Origin: Hemiscyllium ocellatum
Taxonomy: Eukaryota
Direction: 5' to 3'
DNA length: 64,000 nt
NCBI RefSeq assembly: GCF_020745735.1
Contig: NC_083405.1
Span: 95,608,135 to 95,672,134 of the forward strand
A program made the translations under genes and the position numbers. The notes below the pieces were generated by a model that was not told the origin of the DNA, made no database searches, and worked only from the letters and a program-made list of their open reading frames with translations. Positions 25,487 through 39,269 of the stretch are shown in pieces (the stretch's first letter is position 1; each line of letters starts with the position of its first letter).

Positions 25487-25830
25487 AAAAGAGGCTTGTG
25501 TTTATTTGGCAGTTTTTATGACGACTTGTAGCAGTTTACAGCCAACAATGAACTTTTGAAGTGTTTTCACTAATGTAAGAAGCAACAGCTAATTTGCACA
25601 CAGTGATCTCCCACAAATAAAAGCCTAATGCTGACAGCTAATATATCTTTGTGATGCTTATTAAGGAATAAATATTCACCAAGGCATCAGGGATTAGTGC
25701 TCCACTATTGTATGAAGTAGTTCAATGGGATCTTTTATATCAACCCAGGAAAGCAGATACTGTTTAGGTTTAGTGTTTCATCTCCAGCATCTCCAACAGC
25801 AGAATTGCGAGCCTCGTGATACTTAGAGTT
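25487..25830 (-). mobile_element. DeuSINE (SacSINE1/AmnSINE1-like) remnant
   Basis: Antisense Deu-domain-like gggatcttttatatcaacccagg...gtttcatctc...ctccaacag and 3' part aatttgcacacagtgatctcccacaa. Confidence 0.6.
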
Positions 25831-26539
25831 TGACTTTAAGCCAATCTCCAAGATTCTGGATTTAGTTTTTAGTTTTGTGGTTGATGTTTCATTGTTGAGG
25901 TAGCAATCAGAAAACTGAGGAGGCCTATTCTAGTAGGAATCAAGAAAGAAAAGAAAATGTAGCAGTTGGTGGGGGAACAGGAGATTGAAACTGAAACTCC
26001 CTAGTTAACATAAAGTTTGAGTAACATATTTGACATCAAAGAAAATTATTACTTCTCTTCAGATCATTGGCTTCAAGTAGTTGTGACCTTTATATTGCCT
26101 TCTATTGAAGTTGTTCAAAACTAAACAAGCCACATGCATTGTTTTTGCAAGAATTTAGTGATCTTAATCTTAGTCAAAGCCAGAATTTTGTTGCTGAAAA
26201 TAACAATTTCACATTTACTGAGCACAGTTGGATTTGGTGAAAATACTAAATGTTAATCCATATGCATATATGCTTCCTTGTATCTTTGAAATAGGATGCA
26301 AATTTTCCTGTTATAACACAATGGATTCACTGTTCTTCTCAAGTGCTGTTTGTAGTTATGAAAACTGCAGGGCTGCCTTTAACAATGGAATATTACAGTG
26401 ATAGTTTTCTAGCCATATTATCTGGTGTATTATTTACAAATCTAACCAGGGTGTTTGGTGCTAATTGAATGTATCAAAAGATAGAATGACTGATATAATT
26501 GGCTAGACTTTTCTGGAAAGATGTAACTCTGGGGCGTGA

Positions 26540-28180
26540 TCTAAGTCTGGGGGAGATGAGGACAAGAGTGGACCTTGGATGAAAATGTTAAATTGGAGGA
26601 AGGCTAACTATAACGAAATTGCACAAGAATTGGAGAATGTGGATTGGGAGCAACTGTTTGAGGGTAAATCCACATCTGCCATGTGAGAGTCTTTTAAAGT
26701 CCAGTTGATTAGAGTGCATGGTAAGCATGTTCCTGTGAAAATGAAGGACAGGTGTGACAGGATTCGGGAACCTTGGATGACACAGAAAATTTATCAGCTT
26801 AGTCAAAAATAAACCTACCTAAGGTCTAGACAACTAAAAACAGACCAAGTCCTTGAATATAGAGAAGGTCAGAAGGAGCTCAAATGGGGAATTAAGAGGG
26901 TGAAATTCCTTGGCAGGCAGGGTTAAGGAGATTCCCAAGGCATTTTATATGTTTATTTAGGAGCAAGAGGGTAGCTCGGGAAAGAGGAGGCCCACTCTGG
27001 ATAAAGGAAAGAGGTTGTGTGTGGAGCCAGAGGAAATGGGTGAGATCCTTAATGAATGTGTTACATCCGTATTTATCAAAGAGAGACATGAGGTCAGGAA
27101 AAGGTGAGAATACTTGGGCTGGTGGTCATAACCAAAAGAGGAAATGTTGGGTGTCATGAAAGTATTAAGGTAGACAAGTCCCCAGGGCCAGATGGGATTA
27201 TTCTAGGATACTGTGGGAGGCAAGGGAGGAAACAGCTAGGGCCTTAACAGATATCGTTGCACCCACTTTGGCCTCAGGCAAGATTCCATAGGACTGGACA
27301 GTGGCCAGAGAATGACTTGTTAGTGACAGGCAGCATGGGTTTGTGTGAGGAAGGTCATGTCTCATCAACTTGATTGAATGTTTTGAGGTGGTGACAAGAA
27401 TGATTGAGGAAAGGACAGTGGCTATTGTCTGCATGGAGTTTAGTAAGACATCTTAATAAGGTACCTCATGGTAGAGTCGCATGGATTCAGGGTTCAGATG
27501 GAGGGCTTTTGCCCGAAACATAGATTTTCCTGCTCCTCTTATGCTACCTGACCTGCTGTGCTTTTCCAGCATCGCTCTGATCTAAGCTCTGGTTTCCAGC
27601 ATCTGCAGTCCTCACTTTGGCTGAGTTATGTTACAGCCAAATGAATCTTTAATTAGGCCACATTTGAAAAACTGTGCAATTCTGGTCACCACACTACCAG
27701 AAATACATAGATGCTTCAGAGATGGCACAGTTTACCAGGGTATTGCCTGGTAACTTTGGTTATGCCTAGAGAGCTTTAGTTATGAGTAGAGGCTGGTTAA
27801 ATTTGGGTTGTTTTCCATGGAAAGATGGAGGCTGAGGGGCGACCTGATAGTAAGTCTACAGAATTATGAGAGGCATAAGTACAGTGGATAGTCAAGGCTT
27901 TTTCCTAAGGTCTGAAGGTTAATTACCAAACAATACAGGTTCAAATTAAGAGGGGTAAATGTTTTCATACAGAAGCTTGTGGGTGCCTGGAATGTACTGC
28001 AGATGAAGGTGGTGGCAGCAGGTACGTTAGCAACATGTCTTGATAGACACCTGAACGGGAGACGAACAGCTGGATAGATACCATGTATTGGCAAAAAATA
28101 GTGGGTTTAAATGAGGATAAGGAATCGGTGCAGGCTTGGTGGGCCAAAGGGCCTGTTCCTGTGCTGAATTGTATTGTATG
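26540..28180 (+). mobile_element. CR1 ORF2 fragment with internal deletions
   Basis: Motifs LNWRKAN, KSPGPDG, QHGFV.GRSCLINLIE, LRGDL and VGAWN. Confidence 0.8.
27494..27620 (+). mobile_element. PLE pLTR stub inside a CR1
   Basis: gatggagggcttttgcccgaaac...gcatctgcagtcctcactttgg. Confidence 0.8.
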
Positions 28181-29578
28181 AATTAGACTTGTTTTTGTGT
28201 TGAAGTTTTAAACCTTTTGCCCACAAAGCTGCTAACAATGCAAACAGTGCCAAAGTAATATAATTGAGTTCATCTTTTCGCTTTATTTTTTATTAAATTC
28301 TAGGTATAACTTGGTGCTGTTAAAAACCATTGAAAGTCAGTTTCAAAAAAGGAAATGTGGTGTTTTAGTAACTTTTTTTAAGCACGATAACTTGGAGAAG
28401 ATGATTTGCAGCAGTGGCATTGGTCTTTACCCATCTACATTTCCTCTATTGCATCGGACAAATAATCTTATTATACTCACATCAACTAAAGCTATTTATG
28501 CAAGTGCTTCTAATTGAAGTGCATGTAAAAAAAAAAGAACATTCTGTGTAAATGTTAGACTTGAACAAAGACAGACTTGTGAAGCTCCAAACATCAGTGA
28601 ACCTTGATTTATTTGTTGCATTTAAGCATTTCCATGGTTGCTAAATCTTGATTTTTATTAAATGACATACTCCTGTGATGTGTGAAGATTTCTCCAAGTT
28701 TTGAATTCAGTTATCAATCAAAATGTCTGCCTTTTCCTGGGGGTGGGGATTATGAGACACAATCAGCTGGTCAGCATCAGCAGCAGGCGTCATTGTGGAT
28801 GATGGAATGGCAAAGAAAAAAGTGCCTTCAGTAGCAGTTTTTAATTATTTATTATTTAGAACTTGTATAACATTGAATCTCTATTGCTTGTTCAGATTAT
28901 CTTTTGCATGTTGATCTATTTTTTTCTGGGATTGTGGGATTTCCTGTTGGTAATCCATGTGCCTACTGGGTCACATATAATATGCTCTCTTTATTTGGAG
29001 GCTTAAAATGCCTGTTCAGTCGTGCTCAAAGCACGTATTTTGTTGCTTTTGAGTTTTGAATATAACTGAATTGTCTATCTCCCATTCTGGTCACATTCTA
29101 CCTTTTGTTACTAACATTATTCCGCCAGTCTCGCAAAGAAACCACGTTGGGAAGAGACTGATCAATATAATCAACATTATCAATGTGTTGACCAAGCTAC
29201 TGTATTGGAATTGACCAGATATGAAAGTATACTTGGGCCTCACCTTTGCAAAACCATAGTTACTTAAAAGGCTGGGGCTCAGTGATCCCATGCTACTTCT
29301 GAAATGGCAAAAAGAAATCAAAACTCTGGTCATCAAACAGGAGTCTGATTTAATTTGTATCTTCAGCATACATTCCATAGGTCCGTTTTGAATAAAAATG
29401 TAATGCTGGAAATACTCAGCAGGTATCAGATCCTTGGAAACAGAATTAGTATTAATGTTTGCTGTCAATGGCACTTAACAAAAACTGAAATGTTAAAGAT
29501 GAATAGATTTCTAAAGTAACTTTGTTTTTATCCACAATTTTTGCTCTTCTGTTCCTTATCCATTTAATTGTATCTACT

Positions 29579-29579
<1 letters not shown>

Positions 29580-29615
<36 letters not shown>

Positions 29616-29617
29616 TT
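29580..29617. repeat. (TATT)n microsatellite
   Basis: About 9 tandem tatt units. Confidence 0.9.
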
Positions 29618-30401
29618 GTATTTAGTTGTTTACAGATTGCAGACATTAATGTGGGATTAATTAATGCTCCCAAATATAGAAATAAACAAATCAGTTTTTG
29701 GGTTTGGAAGTGGATGTTTATACAGTGTTACTCTGTTTATTTAAAAAAAATTCATGTGTGTAACACTTCTCATTCAATCCTGCACCACCTGATTTTCTGG
29801 TTTAGAATATGGCAGAAGAGAGCCCTGCCTATTGGCAAATGAAAATGCTAAAGCCAGTGTAAAATGTCTGGACATGATTACTGTCCAATATTCTCCAAGT
29901 CTGTAAGATAAGTCCAGTGGAGAAATGAGGTATGTATGAAACATGGGTGACCTCTCTACAAATGATGAAAGGTTATTGGACTCAAAATGTTATATCCGAT
30001 TTGGCAACATCTATGGAGAGAAAAAGGATTTCTTCAGCATCCATGTTTTTTATTTATTCATTACAACTTTGACATTGTCACTTTTTGATCAGAAATTGGA
30101 AATAAAGTATTTTTGAGGCAGATGCCTGTCAAGTGAATAATTAAGATCAGGGCCTTTTATGAGGGGTTATGGATGAAATCTACAAGAATGATTTGTTAAA
30201 TGAGAATGAGGCATGATCAGTATTTGATAGATTTTGGAAACATGGCCATTCCACAGAAGAACATATAATGAGCATCAAATTGAATTTTGTTTATTTTTTA
30301 AATTCAGTTTGAGATCCATGACTTGGTACTGGCATTTAAATTATTGGAATTTGCTACAATACTTACGAGATAGGCAACTGGTTGGAACTGGCTTCAGTTC
30401 T

Positions 30402-31836
30402 CAGGAAAGGAGAGCTTGTTGGAATAGATATCATTAAAAAAATACTCCTGGGGAAATAATTATTCACTTCAGTCTTCGTGGAATACAGAGATACTTTGCA
30501 GTGACACAAGAAAGGAAGACTCACTAATTACCAGCTTTTAAAATTGCCAGCTGCTTAATGATGGCAAAAAATGTCATGGACAGAGATAGACAAAATGAGA
30601 AGGAAAGCAACTTCAGTTCATCGGCTGTTGCAGCAGAAAGAAAAGCTGGAACAAAAATAAAAGTGAAATGAATCCCAGGAATGTCCATAGAATAGCTAAT
30701 GATTTGCCTAGAGCAAACAAATAGAAACCCTTGAAAAGATCCAGGAAAAGAATTCTGAGGAAGTGGTTGAAGATAATGATGAATCTGGTCAAATTGTACG
30801 AGTCATAATGAGTTTAGTCCTGTGGTGAATATTATTTGTGAACTACTTTAACTATGTAGTACTGGATAATACTTGTACATTAACAGTATGTGGGGCAAAT
30901 TGATTACAATGCTGATGTTGATTTGATTTATGTTGTAAAGATCACTGCAAGGTAAGTAATATAAAAGTACTATTTGCTCTGGTATTCTGATAGCACACTT
31001 TTCTAAAAAACATTGTAATTTCATGTAATATACAGTAGTTGGTGTTAGCCATTTTATAAGTCACAATATAGTCTCTTCTGAGTTGAGTTAAGTTGAATAT
31101 TGATAAAGGCACAAGAATTTACGAGAATGTTGCCAGGGCTGGAGGGTTTGAGCTATAACAAGAGTATAGGGAGAGGCTGAATAGGCTGGAGCTCTTTTCC
31201 CTGGAGCATCGGAAGATGAGGAGTGACTTTAGAAGTTTATAAAATCATGAGAGGCATAGATAGGGGAGTCCAAAACTAGAGGGAATAGCTTTAAGGTGAG
31301 AGGGGCAAAGATTTAAAGGGGACCTACAGGTCAACATCTTCATACAAAGGGTGGTGCATGTATGGAATGAGCTACCAGAGGAAGTGGTGGAGGCTGGTTC
31401 AATTATAGCATTTAAAAGGCATCTGGATCGGTGTACAAAAAAAGGAAGTGTTTAGAGGGATATGGGCCAAATGCTGGAAAATGAGATTAGATTAATTGAG
31501 GATATCTGGTTGGTGTGAACAAATTGGACCAAAGGGTCTGTTTCCATGCTATACATCTGTATGGCTCTATGACTTGATATGGAGTATGATGAGGCATTCA
31601 TTTTTGGAACAGTCAGTCAGCTAAAGTTGCTTTCTTTCTCATTCAGTGTATCTGTGTCCATAATATTTTTGTCATCATTAAGTCGCTGGGCATTTTTAAA
31701 AGCTCGTTATTATTGAATCTTCCTTTCTTGTGTTACTGCAAAGTATCTCTTTGTTCCCTGAGGACTGAAGTGAATAATTATTTTACCAGGAATATATCTT
31801 TTTAATGATATCTATTCCAACAAACTTCCTTTTCTG
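30402..31836. repeat. Long inverted-repeat pair (30402-30618 and 31619-31836), possibly a foldback or non-autonomous DNA transposon
   Basis: For example ttgttggaatagatatcattaaaaa vs tttttaatgatatctattccaacaa, and agagatactttgcagt vs actgcaaagtatctct. Confidence 0.75.
31113..31575 (+). mobile_element. CR1/HER1 3' fragment
   Basis: FTRMLPGLEGL...WNELPEE followed by the tail ctctatgac. Confidence 0.85.
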
Positions 31837-32203
31837 TCAATTTCTATTTCTATTATCCTCAGTTTTTCCATATCTCCAAGAGAATTAGAAAAAACAATTT
31901 TCCTTGACTGATGATGAAAGCTTACTTAATATCTCACTTTCAAAAGTTAAATAGCCTGATAGAAAATGCAGGTGTGATGCATTAAGATTGTATGAGGCTA
32001 ATGAGATTTTTTAAAAAAAGAAATGTGAAATCTGTATAAAACAAGTAGTATCAAATCCCAGTGCAGTGAACTTTGTAAGTGGTCCAATGACATATTACCT
32101 CAATGAGGTATTTACAATGGGTGGAAAGTTGTCATACAAAAATGGGAATATTTTCATCCTGCATCTGATAGACTAAATATGGTCATCAGGTCCATCTTCA
32201 GTA

Positions 32204-32261
32204 TAGAGACAGTGAGATCTGTGGATGCTGGAGATCAGAGTTGAGTTTGTTGCTGGAAAAG
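32204..32261 (-). mobile_element. 58-bp PLE 3'-terminal stub with 11-bp TSD
   Basis: TSD catcttcagta at 32193-32203 and 32262-32272. Body gagacagtgag...gatgctggagatcagag...gctggaaaag. Confidence 0.75.
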
Positions 32262-35200
32262 CATCTTCAGTAATGAAAGCAAAAATAAAATGATCATTAC
32301 AAACAAAATCTTAGCCTGGGGTGCTGGTGCAATTTCTGAATAATAACCGAGAAATTAGCCCATGGTGAGTCTTGTGTGAAAATATGAACATTGTGGTCAT
32401 GAACAGCACAGCTGAAAGTCATTTCATGATGGTCTTTGAAAGGAATCATGTCAATTATCAATTTATTTCATTGATAGCAACAAGGTCACAGTAAAGTTTT
32501 AGAACAGAACTAGCGTTCAAAGTCTTCATAACCATGAAACTTAGAATGCCTTCAACAAACTTGAGGTTAAACTGAGAGGCGAAACAAAGGGAGTTAAGGT
32601 TGGAGAGAGTCTGATGTTTATTCGTAGTTACTGGATAATGTTTCATCAATGAATTTGTGCTGACAAAGTATTTTCAGATTGGACTTAAAAGGCTAAAGCC
32701 AAGCTAGTTATTAGGTGGTTTGAACAGTGACTGAATGATGCAGATTTTAGTAGCTTCTCCCACTGTTGAAAATGTAAATTTAAAAATCTTTTCAGCCCCT
32801 TGACCATGTGTTTTTGGGGATGCAGGTCAATGAACAAAGGTGCATTTCTGTACAGTATTTTAGAGTGAAGTTGTTGTAAAACTTGACAAAGGCAACAGAT
32901 GCAGAAGGAAATTAATTGAAACATAACAAATGGGTCTGTGGTCTCGATAATAGGTTATTTTTCAGTGAAATGCATTGCCTTTAAACAAAAGGTCATGTCT
33001 AATGAACAAAAGATCCTACTTTTGTTTTAATTGGTATCATGAAATAAAGTTTCAGGCATCTGCCTGGTGCATGCTGAAGATTACTTATTGGCTGGTTCTG
33101 TGGAATTTGAAAAATGTCATCTTAGATTAAAACAAAAATTAAGTTTTGAAGTTAGGCTTTTGTGTTTTGAAATTTGTAGCTTTATATAGTTAATCAGATC
33201 TGGAAAATTTTTACAACAATGTTTGTAACAGTATTAACCCATTTAGTTATTCAAGATCATCATGGAAATATGTTGTTGCATTTAAGGAAAAGATAACAAT
33301 TGCACACTTTTGCCAATTCAATTGGGTGTGAATTTGTTGACCAGGCCAATTGCTAGTTTGATGTGTTGGTATTAAATATGATGAAATCCTCTAAAGTAGA
33401 GAATATTTTCGGGGTAAACAAGCATTAAAAAGGTGGTATCTACAGAAATGTGTCATTACCTTCCTGCTCCTGGAAGTCTCAAAAAATATGCGTCTAATCA
33501 TTTTTAATGATACATCATATGCTTCCTGTTGCATATCATAGTGCAGCTGGTTCCACAATATTTTGGATGGGAGTGAGAACGCAAAAGGCTATCCTTAACT
33601 TAAAAAGCTAGGATAGTAAAGAGACTGTTTAAAAGTACTTTAGTGAATGAAATACTGGCACTTGTGGAGACAGTGGTGAGAGGAGTTAGATCTATTTTAG
33701 GTGAGATGCCACATACTGGAGGCACTGAATGCACACATTGTGGCATAAAAGACTCCCAATGAAATATGGACATGAGAAAAAGGTGATAGATTGACTGCTG
33801 GCTTGAAACAAATGCTTTAGTGAAATGAAATCTCGTCTTCATTTAAATGGATGGCTGCAGTTTCAATTTGCACTGTACAATTTGCAAAAGAAACAGCAAG
33901 TTGCTGAGCATTTAAGAAGACAGATGTCTCCCAGTGCAATGCTTGCAAAGAATGAACGGAAGATCTTTTCTTTGTTTTGAAATTTTGGTTGTGCACTTGG
34001 AAGGAGATCACTTAACGCAAGTCAATATTTCTCTCCATTGAGCAGTCTCTTTAAAACTACAGTCCTGCCTGATATCTGTAGCCCTGTACATACTCTTCCT
34101 GCAAGTGCACATCCAGCTTTCTTGGAATCATTTATTATTCTACCTCTTCATGGGAGATCAGGGTTCAATTTTAAAAATTGACACTTGTTTGTTTTTGCAT
34201 CTCAAATTTTATGATCTTTTGTATGGATCTCTTTTCTAAATGATGTCTGTCTTTTGCTTCCTCTTGTAAGTATCCCTCAATCTGTTTTTCCTGTAGTCTA
34301 CACCTTTCAATTACCATTACTTGTTTTTAATAATTACATCATTTTTGCTTTGTCTTTCTATCTTTGTATCTATTTTGTCTAACTTTATGACTTGCCTTTG
34401 TATCAATTGGTACCTTTTTAAAATTTCCGGGAACACATTTCTCATTCCACTTTCTATGTTCTCCTGGAATCTCTAACAATCCTCCTTCTCTTCTATCCAA
34501 ATGCAAATTATTTTGCTGCAAATTCCAATGTTGTACTCCCTAAGCCCTAGTATAATCACTAATTTATTTTAATAAAAAATGACCCAAGATTATATGAATT
34601 CCAATCTTTCCCCAATCTAAACCAGATGAAATGGGGAGACAGACAGATAGCATTGTCAACAAAAGCTCTTCACTATACTAAAAATTTCACTGACAACAGT
34701 GGGTTTTGGGTAGGAGTTGACAGCGACTCTTGTAATTTTAGAAACTTTGATGCAAAGACAACAATAAATCAATGCGAAAGCTAAACATAACCATCTTTCT
34801 AGGAATAGAATGAGCATATTAGAAATCAAGTGAGTCAATTTTTAGTTGTATACAGACGGTTGACATTAACTGTGGTTTCACTTATACTTAGCCAGTAGAA
34901 ACACGCTGAAACTGGTGAGTTAGGGTAGGAATTTTTGTAAGGTCTACCTCTCCTTGATGTAAATACTTAGTGTTTATAAAGATTAGCTTCCATTCTATCC
35001 TTCACCACCAGACTTTGGAGATTATAAAAGTTGCCCATGTATGAGAGCTCAATTTTACAGAAAGCTGCTGTGTAAAGCCTATTGTTTGTTTGTCTATTTC
35101 GGAAACAATGAAAATGACTTCAGGTTGTGGGATGTGCCAGGATGTTGATGAAAATTTTCAAAATGCTGCACACTCAAACATTTGATGGGTGGTGCAGTAT

Positions 35201-38200
35201 TTCCTTCTGTGGCTAATACACAGGAGGTTCGGCAGACTTCCCAGACTTTGTTCTGTGTTGCCAATTGGTTTTGTTCCATCTTGCTTTGAAGTGAGCTACT
35301 AAGATTGAAGTTTATATCATCAGTCAGTCTCTCCCTTTCTGTATTTGTTGAGTCATGCAGTTCTGGCTGGCTTGTTTTCTTTTTAGTGCTGAGTACCTGA
35401 GAAACCATAATTATGAGAGATGCACTCCATTGATCTGATCCTTCACTCTTACCACCTCTGCTTTAGTTCTTGTACAAGTTTCTTAATGAAGGTACAACTC
35501 CATTTCTTCACATCTTTTTATCCTTTTCACGTGTTAATGCGATTTCCCTTTAATTTTCCTCTCCCTATTCTCTCATTTACTAAAAACTTCCTGCTCTGGT
35601 CTATTTATGTCATTGGCAAAGTTCACCCAAGCAACCATTCTTTCACAAGAACCGTAGACTGTTTTAGCACACTATTGCACTACGGCAGGCTCCACTGTGT
35701 GCAATCCTATACTTAACCTCTCCCCACCCAGCACCCCCAACCTACCCCAAACACTATCAACACCACTTCCACCCCAAACCAGTATTAATAAGCACACACA
35801 AATGTCAAATGCACTCCAGCAGGTATCACTCTAAAATTCAGGAACATAGATTCTGCATCTGTGGCACTGATGCCAGGTGGAGAACTCAGTAGCTGTTTCA
35901 CATGTGGTTTGCTAATTCACTGAAAATTATATCCTCAACCAAAGTCCTTCCTGATCTATTTCAGCATCGTGTTGGAAAATGGATTTACACAGTGTTTGAT
36001 TGAAGTGAGGGTTTGAAAATCCATATGAGTTCACTAACTTCTGTTCTGAGTTTATAATTTCCAAACTGGCGGTGTCATTTTCTCATTCTGGCAAACTGTT
36101 CTTTTTATTGCAATTCATGGTGAGCTGTCTTTCATGACCCATGCCATCTATTCTCATTCAATTCTTCATTCTTCAACTCATTGTGCACCAGTGCTGTGCG
36201 ATGTCTATATCTCAGAATTGTGTGGCACGAGAGATGGAAGTGCTTGCAGAAGATCAGGCTTTGTGATGTTCATGTTGCTGGCATCACATCCAACACCCCA
36301 GCTCCGCAGCACTTGAAACACTGCAAGCCAGGAATTGCCCCACATGCTATGGTCCTGTACTGTTATCCCCAAGGAAATGGCACAGAGAAGTTAGCTCCTC
36401 AGCTCACCAACACCGATCTGAAGGTGCTGATGCTGCTTCTCCTACTGGTTGTTGAAAGAGACCATGCTACCAGACTTAGCTAGTCTGGACCAAGATGGCA
36501 GCCTAGGTCAGGGCAGTGTCCTGCAGAGAGAAGGTCTAAGAACTTCAGTCCCCTGTAACAGTAAGTGCTGCCAGCTTCTCGTCAGGTGCCCACTCACTCT
36601 AACTTTGCCACTGCCCATTCATCTCACCAAGACTCTCAAACAATATTCTCACTATTGTATGCATACCTCTGCTCAATGGCTCTTGCAAACCTCATTTTCC
36701 CAATTAATAAATTGTTCCTGGCCTCTGCACTTCCTACTTGCTCAGTGGAGATGTTTCACTATCTCTTGTGCTCATCAGCACCACTAACTGCTCCTCCATC
36801 CATTGCATCTCTTTGCAGGAAAAAGTGTTTTCATTGCCTTACACCCTGACTGATGTCTCCACAGCACCGGGATCAATTGCACCTGACCTGCAGGACTGAC
36901 TGTAGCTGAACTCTGGACTGGAGTTTAATGACTGTGATGGTACCCCTTATCTAACTGACTAGTTGCACCTTGACTGCACCAAGGACTGATCATTGACTTT
37001 CAGACATGGGCAGCTGTTTGAAACACATGCTGTGCTTTTGCTAAGTGAGTTGCTGGCAAGTCCTGTAAATGTGAAATTGATATTGCAACAACCCTACAGC
37101 TGCATATCCTTTTCCTTTTGACTGTTCAGCATTCCAAATTGTACTAAGTTGCCTGCCTTTCCGTTTGTACTAAAAAATAATACAAAGACATAGAGGCTGG
37201 TAGTTTCCAAAAAACACGAATCTGATGCAGTCAGTATGGTTACAATGAGATGCACTTGTGAGCGAAGCAACCTGGCAGAAGGATATAAATTGTAAGTGTC
37301 CCGGTGCTCCAAAGTGAAGCCTTGTTGGGCTAGTTTAGTGCAAAGGTCGGTCTGAAAGCAGCCATGAAAATGTGGTGAGGTTGATGGTTTGGCAATGCTG
37401 ACTTACAGGTATGAGGGCTGGAAGAGGATGGGGCATCCATGCAACATGCCAGAAAGTGATGGAGAAGGTGAAGTTCTCTGAATGTCCAGAGAAACACATG
37501 GTGAGCTACTGCCATCAGGTAGCCAGTCCAGCTGCCATGTAGGGAGATAGTGCAGTCGAGTTTCTTAGGGAGGAGGAGAATTGGGAGCTGCAGAGAAATA
37601 AGTGACTTTAGCTAATTGGGATGCAAGTGCACAAAATTTACTCTGTTCAGTGATTTTTATAAAAATTGTAATAAAACCTTTTTTTCCTCAACATCTTAAC
37701 CTAACTGCAATTAGTGTCTCAGTTTTATTTAGCTCAAGAAACAAATGAATGTAAAATGCTTTTATACTTTACCATGTCTCACATTTTAAATGTATAAATA
37801 GTGGCTTGCAATTTGGGAGTATTTAGAAGGGAACTCGGTGGAGCCAGGAAAGTTGAACTTAGGAGACCAGTGGGAGCCAAGCCTGTTCAGCATCATATGA
37901 CTAGGCTCAGCCTTTTACCCTGTTTTTACTTGATAGAAGATGTTAACACTATTCTCACTTTTGCAACCACTTGTGCATTCCAGTGTCAATGACGGGATGG
38001 CTGAATGCTTTTGATGTAAAAAGCTTTCTCAGTTAAGAGAACAGCTGGAATCTGCACATAAACATATGCTGGCAATTAGGTAACAGATCCAAGAGACGTG
38101 GGATTTGGGGTTGAAAAACATTTTGAATTGGACATCAGTGAGGCATGCAGCAGATGAGCACTCAAATGGAGGACATTAGTGGGAGTATTAGTTGAAAAGT

Positions 38201-39269
38201 GTTCTTGAGGGAAAAGGAGGAACCAGAAATGCAAAAGGCATATCCAAAGATGATTCAACAATTGTGAGCAAAAATACAACTAAACTGAAATGATTCTAGC
38301 CTTTTCTCAAAAATATCTCCTATTGCTTGCTTTTAAACAGCTGAATTGGAAGATAAAATGAGTACTTTTGGAAGTCTAAATTTAAAAACTTTAACATCCA
38401 CGGGCATTTTATTCGAAGAATTATGATTTTACCCATTTACCCATTTTTACCCAGTAGGTTAGTCGCATCTTGTGCCAACCTATACGTATTCTATTCCCTC
38501 CCACAGTCCAAACTTATTCAGTTGAACATACTTTATTCCAGCTTAACTTGGTGTTCTCTGGCCAGGCCACCATGATCTTATATCCTCACCTCGTAAGTAC
38601 TAATAGTGATCAATTAATTTAGAAAAGAATGGTGCCACTAACTGGCGATTGGGACAGCTCTGCCTTTGCTCTCCACTCTCTGGAGGGAAACTTGTGTTCA
38701 TCACTTCCCACAGCAACATGGAAAATATTAGGAACCAAGTAATGCATTGTAACAGTGACCATCCCCAGTTCAATACACATCATTGTCAAAATTGGAGTTT
38801 GTAGTTCTGAGTTGGTCACTTGTTGAGAATAATCTGGGTAATTATTTGACTAAAGTTAAGTGTTTTGTTGCATTGTTTACATGCACTTTTCTGCAAATAT
38901 TTATATGCATTCAAAATATAATTTAGCTGTAGCATTCTAGTTCTGTAACTGGCAGTGCAGCTATTTATAAGAAGGTCTCCTTGTTGGCAGGCTTGTGAGG
39001 CAGTAATCTAGTGAGATTCCAATGAGAAATGAACAGTGATCATGATACTTGAAAATAATTAGCTGGAATTATCCTTTAACCTGCTAATGTACCGTTACTT
39101 GCCTTTATAATGATTCTCCTAGTTATAGATCTTGTTTTCTGCATTTTTCCCCTGATTTGTGGCAGGAGGTCTCCACTAGTGCAGAGCAATGCAATACCTG
39201 ACTATTTTGGACACAGGACCGATTTAAACCTGGACGGGAACAGTTGGATGAAGGAAAGCAGCTACGAAG

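Noticed and set aside
29806-29929. Possible 124-nt poison exon (tttAG...GAG|gtatgt; would create TGA after exon B)
   Set aside because: Such pseudo-exons are expected by chance in a 20-kb intron, and there is no homology support.
35700-37600. GC-richer block with several 60-110 aa ORFs, possibly a decayed DNA transposon
   Set aside because: I could not identify TIRs, a transposase motif or splice-consistent coding signal.
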